Of a stretch of 64,000 nt of DNA, positions 59,575-64,000 are shown one piece after another. A program made the position numbers and the translations under genes. The notes beneath the pieces are model-generated. The model saw nothing but the letters and a program-made list of their open reading frames with translations, was not told the DNA's origin and made no database searches. Every line of letters starts with the position of its first letter. The stretch's first letter is position 1. Source of the DNA: an uncultured Verrucomicrobiae bacterium (GTDB taxonomy: Bacteria > Verrucomicrobiota > Verrucomicrobiia > Chthoniobacterales > UBA10450); assembly GCA_963801815.1 (NCBI GenBank), contig CAWDGJ010000007.1:207700-271699 (forward strand), in the 5' to 3' direction.

Positions 59575-61773
59575 ATGAAACAAACAAAATCAAAGCAAAC
59601 CACGCGTATCCTGGTGCTGGAACCGGACGAACAGTTGGCGTCGGCCATCACGTCAGCCTTGCAACAAGCCGCGCCGGACGCGCTGGTCGAACTCACTCAC
59701 AGTCTCGAGGAAGCGCAGAAAATCGTACTCGGCGTGAAGCCGGACTTGTTCATCCTCGATGTTGATGCCACCCACGACCTCGGTCAGGATTTTCTTTACG
59801 ATTTGCGCACGAGTCATCCGAACGCACGTGCAATCATTTTTACGGGGGCACATTTGCCGGAACAGCGGGAGCACGTTTCAAGTCTCGGCGCGATTCATTT
59901 TCTCGAGAAACCATTAGTCGAACAAGATTTTGTCGACCTGGTCGAGCGCTTGCTGTTGCCGCCGGCTGCCACGGCCGAAAAATTTGAGGGCACCCTCCGT
60001 GATCTTCAGTTCACCGACATCATCCAGCTCAAATGCATGAGCGGCGCAACCTCAGTGCTTGAGTTTATGGGACCGAAGGGGGAAAAAGCGCGCGTGTTTT
60101 TTGAGAACGGCCAGGTCCGGCACGCGACCGCGCCCGGCCGGCAGGGACTGACGGCGTTCGATGAAATTGTGCGTTGGAAAGGGGGAACCGTCTCCGAAGT
60201 GACCACCAACGAACCGAGTCCGCGGACCATTGAAATGGACTGGCAACATTTGCTGATAGAAGCGGTGCGACATGCGGACGAAGAGATGACAAAGCCGGCA
60301 GAGAAGGCAACGAGCGGCGGGAAGAAATTACTAATCGTCGACGACAGCCTGATGCTGCTGAGTTTCGTCCGGGAGGTTTTGCTCGACGCCGGTTACCAGG
60401 TTGCGTCCGCCTCGACCGGTGAAGAAGCAGTCCGTGCGGCCCAAAGCGATTTGCCGGGCTTGATCCTGCTGGATTTCATTTTGCCGGACATGAAAGGCGA
60501 CGAAGTTTGCCGCCGTTTGCTGGAGAACCCGGGAACGTCGGGAATCCCAGTAGTTTACATGTCGGGGTACGGCGCGGAGGTCCAAGCCAGCATGGGTCAA
60601 AATTCAAACGTCATTGGGTTCTTGAATAAACCCTTCACATCGGATTTGCTTACCAAAACCGTAGAGACGCATATGCCTCGAAAACCCGACGAGCCGCAAC
60701 CGACCGAACGGTCGCATCAGGAACCTGAGCCGATGGGATCAACGGAAGCGGATTTTCCTATCGAACAGGAGTCCGCGTATCAGACTCCCATCGAACAGGA
60801 GTCCCCGTATCAGGCTCCGATCGAACAGGAGCCCTCGTATCAGGACGTAACTGAAGTCGGCCCCGAAGTTTCCCAGACGCCGGAGACGCCGTGGTGGACG
60901 TCAGCGCCGGAGGCCGAACCTGCGGCACCGGCTGTTTTTGAACCAGCGGCCGAGCAACTTCATACTCCGGATGAGTCCGTCACCGGCGGCGCATTTTTTT
61001 CCGGCGATACGCGCTTTTTTTCGCTAAACCGCGCGCTGCAAATAATTGCGAACCAAAAACTGACCGGCACTCTGAGGCTTTTTTGGGAAAACGCGCCAGT
61101 CGAACTCCTCGTCCAAAATGGTCAGATCATGTTCGCAACGTCTCGCGATACGGAGCTGTACTGCCCGGAAGCGCCCGTCACATTGAGCCACGTTGATGGG
61201 AGCCGGATTGAGGCCGCGCGAGCGCAACAGCAGGAAACAGGTTGCCCACTCTTCGTTACCCTAATGCATGAAGAATTGATCTTGCACGAGCCGGCGGCGC
61301 AGCTTGTTCAACATCACGGCCAAAAGCTGTTCGCCCAACTTTGGAACGTTCCAATCGTTCGCTTTTCATTTGAGCAGGGAACTCTTCCGGATTTCGCGAG
61401 CAGTTTTGCGGGCGACTCTGATGTGGACCAATGGGCGCTGGCCACGCTACGCTTCGTGCAATTTCCCCAGCTCGGTAAACACGCCTATTATGATCCGGCG
61501 TCGATCCCGGCGTATACCCGCGATGGATTCGAACGAATCCAAAATCTGCGGCTGACTGTGGCCGAGGCCCAATTTGCTTCCCAATTCAATGGCGCTCGAT
61601 CGGTCCAGCAAATTGCAAAGAATCTGCGGCTCGATTTGAAATTCGCCAGCGTGACTCTTTTCCGGTTTCTCGCACTCGAAATCGTCGAGTGCTGGTCCCC
61701 CACTCCCACCAGTGGCCAGGAACGCAAAGGTATTTTCCAAAAACTCGGTCAGGCAATCGGCCTCGGCGAGTAG
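59575..61773 (+). CDS. Response regulator with two REC and two DUF4388 (PATAN-like) domains
   Basis: REC1 (LEPD/LD/KP); FEGTLRDLQFTDIIQL; REC2 (VDDS/LDFILPD/KPF); FSGD...LQIIA...TGTLRL. RBS GGAGG before ATG 59575. Confidence 0.85.
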   Translation: MKQTKSKQTTRILVLEPDEQLASAITSALQQAAPDALVELTHSLEEAQKIVLGVKPDLFILDVDATHDLGQDFLYDLRTSHPNARAIIFTGAHLPEQREHVSSLGAIHFLEKPLVEQDFVDLVERLLLPPAATAEKFEGTLRDLQFTDIIQLKCMSGATSVLEFMGPKGEKARVFFENGQVRHATAPGRQGLTAFDEIVRWKGGTVSEVTTNEPSPRTIEMDWQHLLIEAVRHADEEMTKPAEKATSGGKKLLIVDDSLMLLSFVREVLLDAGYQVASASTGEEAVRAAQSDLPGLILLDFILPDMKGDEVCRRLLENPGTSGIPVVYMSGYGAEVQASMGQNSNVIGFLNKPFTSDLLTKTVETHMPRKPDEPQPTERSHQEPEPMGSTEADFPIEQESAYQTPIEQESPYQAPIEQEPSYQDVTEVGPEVSQTPETPWWTSAPEAEPAAPAVFEPAAEQLHTPDESVTGGAFFSGDTRFFSLNRALQIIANQKLTGTLRLFWENAPVELLVQNGQIMFATSRDTELYCPEAPVTLSHVDGSRIEAARAQQQETGCPLFVTLMHEELILHEPAAQLVQHHGQKLFAQLWNVPIVRFSFEQGTLPDFASSFAGDSDVDQWALATLRFVQFPQLGKHAYYDPASIPAYTRDGFERIQNLRLTVAEAQFASQFNGARSVQQIAKNLRLDLKFASVTLFRFLALEIVECWSPTPTSGQERKGIFQKLGQAIGLGE
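60757..60846 (+). repeat. Three 30-bp in-frame tandem repeats (PIEQExxYQx)
   Basis: CCTATCGAACAGGAGTCCGCGTATCAGACT / CCCATCGAACAGGAGTCCCCGTATCAGGCT / CCGATCGAACAGGAGCCCTCGTATCAGGAC. Confidence 0.92.
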
Positions 61774-61800
61774 CCCTGCCCTCCGCAATTCTAGGGTAGA

Positions 61801-62487
61801 ATGAAGAAGACTCTGGTCGTCGATATCGGCGGCACGCATGTGAAGCTGATGATGCGACCCAACAAGCATCGCGAGTTCGACTCGGGATCGCGAATGGGAC
61901 CGAAGGATTTCATCAAACTTCTTAAAGCGAACACGCGCGACTGGAAATTCGACTACATCTCGATCGGTTTTCCCGCACCTATCCGCGACGGAAAAATCAT
62001 TCGCAAACCCAAACATCTGGGCAAAGGCTGGCTCGGTTACAATTTTCGCAAGTCGATAGGCAAACCGGTCAGGGTGATCAACGACGCAGCGATGCAGGCG
62101 CTCGGCAGTTATAATGGCGGGCGAATATTGTTTCTTGGTCTCGGCACCGGGCTCGGGTCCGCCCTGCTGCTGCCAAACATGTTGTTTCCTCTCGAGCTGG
62201 GCGACCTGCCTTACCGCGATCGCAACATCATCGAGAATTTTCTCGGGATTCCGGGAATCAAGCGACTTGGCCTGAAAAAGTGGAAACGCGAAGTCATCTT
62301 CGCGGTCACGCAATTGAAAAGATCGTTCATCGCCGACTATGTCGTGCTCGGCGGGGGCAACGTTCACCGGTTCAAAAAACTCCCGCGTGGAATCAAGCGC
62401 GGTGAAAACGAGAATGCTTTTCTCGGCGGCCTACGGCTTTGGGAAACCGACCGGCGCACCCGTCGCGCGAAGTGGCGGATTTATTAG
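61801..62487 (+). CDS. ROK family kinase, polyphosphate glucokinase-like
   Basis: DIGGTHVK, INDA, GLGTGLGS, ELG, LGGGN. Confidence 0.85.
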   Translation: MKKTLVVDIGGTHVKLMMRPNKHREFDSGSRMGPKDFIKLLKANTRDWKFDYISIGFPAPIRDGKIIRKPKHLGKGWLGYNFRKSIGKPVRVINDAAMQALGSYNGGRILFLGLGTGLGSALLLPNMLFPLELGDLPYRDRNIIENFLGIPGIKRLGLKKWKREVIFAVTQLKRSFIADYVVLGGGNVHRFKKLPRGIKRGENENAFLGGLRLWETDRRTRRAKWRIY

Positions 62488-62572
62488 ATAACGTCGCCGG
62501 ATCCCCGTGGTTCCGGCTTTACCGCCGTCTCCATTGCGCAACTGCGCATGAAATGTTTACCCTGACAGTGCT

Positions 62573-63184
62573 CTGAGCGCACCAAAGGAAGAACGAGATA
62601 GCACACAGCCGGATTTCTGGTCGGAACGCTATGCCACCGGGAAAACTCCGTGGCAGCTGGATCAGGCTCCGGAACGGCTTCGCGCTTTCCTTCAGTCGCT
62701 CAGACCCGGGCGCCGCGTGTTGATTCCTGGATGCGGCGAGGATTACAGAACGATCGAGGCTTTCCGCGGCGCGGGTCACCAGGTAACTGCGATCGATTTT
62801 TCTCCGGTTGCGGTCGAGTCACTTAAGAAGGCACTTCCGAAAATGAGCGACGCCATCATTCTGGGCGATTTTTTCAGTTACAATTTTGAGGCCACATCCT
62901 TCGATCTTGTTTACGAACGAACATTCCTTTGCTCCCTGCCACCATCTTTGTGGAAAGATTATGCTTCGCGCATGGCGCAGCTGCTCCGTCCGCGGGGAAC
63001 GCTTGCTGGCTTCTTCCTTTACGGAGAAGAAGCCGATCCGCCTCCCTTCCCGCTGACAGAATCAAAGGCGTCGGAAATTTTTGGGCGCTGTTTCGATTTG
63101 CGAAAAAGTGAACCGGCGGCCGATCCATTATCTATCTTTGGCGACAACGCGAAATGGCAGGAGTGGCAACTTCGTGAACGTTGA
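62573..63184 (+). CDS. Thiopurine S-methyltransferase-like SAM methyltransferase
   Basis: FWSERY..G.TPW upstream of the called GTG, LIPGCG, GDFF, YERTFLCSL, PPF. Start uncertain (in-frame CTG 62573). Confidence 0.8.
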   Translation: MSAPKEERDSTQPDFWSERYATGKTPWQLDQAPERLRAFLQSLRPGRRVLIPGCGEDYRTIEAFRGAGHQVTAIDFSPVAVESLKKALPKMSDAIILGDFFSYNFEATSFDLVYERTFLCSLPPSLWKDYASRMAQLLRPRGTLAGFFLYGEEADPPPFPLTESKASEIFGRCFDLRKSEPAADPLSIFGDNAKWQEWQLRER

Positions 63185-63234
63185 CTTTCGTTCGACGGGT
63201 CGGAGAGTTCGGGTCAATTCAAAAAGGAGGCGAA

Positions 63235-63888
63235 ATGAAGATTGGCGAGACAGCACCTGATTTCGAAGCGGAAACGAGTGAGGGACGGATCAAATTTCAC
63301 GACTGGATCGGAAACTCGTGGGCAATTCTCTTCTCGCATCCCAAGGATTTCACTCCGGTTTGCACGACCGAACTCGGCTACATGGCCAGGATCAAGCCCG
63401 AGTTCGACCGCCGAAATGTGAAGATCATGGGTCTCTCGGTCGATTCCACCGGCGACCATCAGGGATGGGCTCAAGACATCAAAGAAACGCAAGGACACGC
63501 GCCGAATTATCCGATTATTGGCGATGCAGATTTCAAAGTGGCGAAACTCTACGGAATGTTGCCGGCCGAAGTCGCTGGGGACGCCAAGAAACGCACTCCC
63601 GCCGACAACGCGACGGTCCGCAATGTTTACGTCGTTGGTCCGGACAAAAAGATAAAACTCATTTTGGTTTATCCGATGACGACCGGCCGAAACTTCGACG
63701 AAGTGTTGCGCGTGATCGATTCGTTGCAACTCACGGCAAAACATCAAGTCGCTACGCCGGTCAATTGGAAACCGGGCGACGATGTGATCATCGCCGGATC
63801 AGTTTCGGACGAAGAAGCGAAGAAGCGTTACCCGCAAGGCTGGAAAGCACCGAAGCCATATATTCGTATCGTTCCTCAACCGCAGTGA
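63235..63888 (+). CDS. 1-Cys peroxiredoxin (Prx6 family)
   Basis: FSHPKDFTPVCTTE, YPMTTGRNFDE, ATPVNW; RBS AGGAGG. Confidence 0.95.
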   Translation: MKIGETAPDFEAETSEGRIKFHDWIGNSWAILFSHPKDFTPVCTTELGYMARIKPEFDRRNVKIMGLSVDSTGDHQGWAQDIKETQGHAPNYPIIGDADFKVAKLYGMLPAEVAGDAKKRTPADNATVRNVYVVGPDKKIKLILVYPMTTGRNFDEVLRVIDSLQLTAKHQVATPVNWKPGDDVIIAGSVSDEEAKKRYPQGWKAPKPYIRIVPQPQ

Positions 63889-63909
63889 GGATACGTCGCG
63901 TCTGTTAAG

Positions 63910-63928
63910 TGCCAGTCCGGCTCGGACT
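63910..63928. repeat. 19-bp palindromic mini-element, copy 2
   Basis: TGCCAGTCCGGCTCGGACT abutting the tRNA-Leu 3' end. Confidence 0.75.
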
Positions 63929-64000
63929 GCCAGGGAGGGGACTCGAACCCCTAAGGATTTCTCCACCAGATCCTAAGTCTGGCGCGTCTGCCAATTTCGC
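63928..64000 (-). tRNA. tRNA-Leu (TAG), 5' end cut off by the window edge
   Basis: Reverse complement contains AATTGGCAGACGCGCCAGACTTAGGATCTGGT, a long variable arm and GGTTCGAGTCCCC; no encoded CCA. Confidence 0.93.

Noticed and set aside
60757..60846. 30-bp repeats as a possible CRISPR array
   Set aside because: Directly tandem with no spacers, in frame within a CDS, and no cas genes.

Overview
A gene-dense bacterial chromosomal segment of moderately high GC. Gene content (long IspG, Rho with an Arg-rich extension and no obvious N-terminal helical bundle, AsmA-like proteins, short-period repeat scars) suggests soil Verrucomicrobiota (Spartobacteria/Chthoniobacterales); this taxonomy is inference. 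The main result is a candidate complete (glyco)sphingolipid gene cluster at about 1-11.5 kb. It encodes a serine palmitoyltransferase-like AOS enzyme, a GNAT-fold bacterial ceramide synthase-like protein, a desaturase with eukaryotic DEGS1/DES1 motifs, an FA2H/Scs7-like 2-hydroxylase, a classical SDR, an IPCT-like cytidylyltransferase, two CDP-alcohol phosphotransferases, a polyprenol-P-mannose synthase-like GT2 and three more glycosyltransferases, all downstream of tRNA-Glu. A second uncharacterised module at 40.3-45.0 kb links two ATP-grasp-like ligases, a YbdK/GCS2 ligase and an M29 aminopeptidase, with two esterases about 6 kb away. The rest is mostly housekeeping: waaA, rsmD, glnE, rho, yebC, typA, ispG, rseP, dxr, cdsA, tdh, kbl, accA, nfo, murA, prmC, prfA, rpmE and tRNA-Leu. 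Short 7-10 bp tandem repeats, a 19-bp palindromic element and GTAG-type REPs are scattered throughout, and several lie inside housekeeping ORFs. At least eight genes, including the normally essential cdsA, carry single-base frameshifts that most likely reflect sequencing or assembly error. No CRISPR array, transposase, integrase or rRNA was seen. All family assignments come from motif recognition, not database searches.
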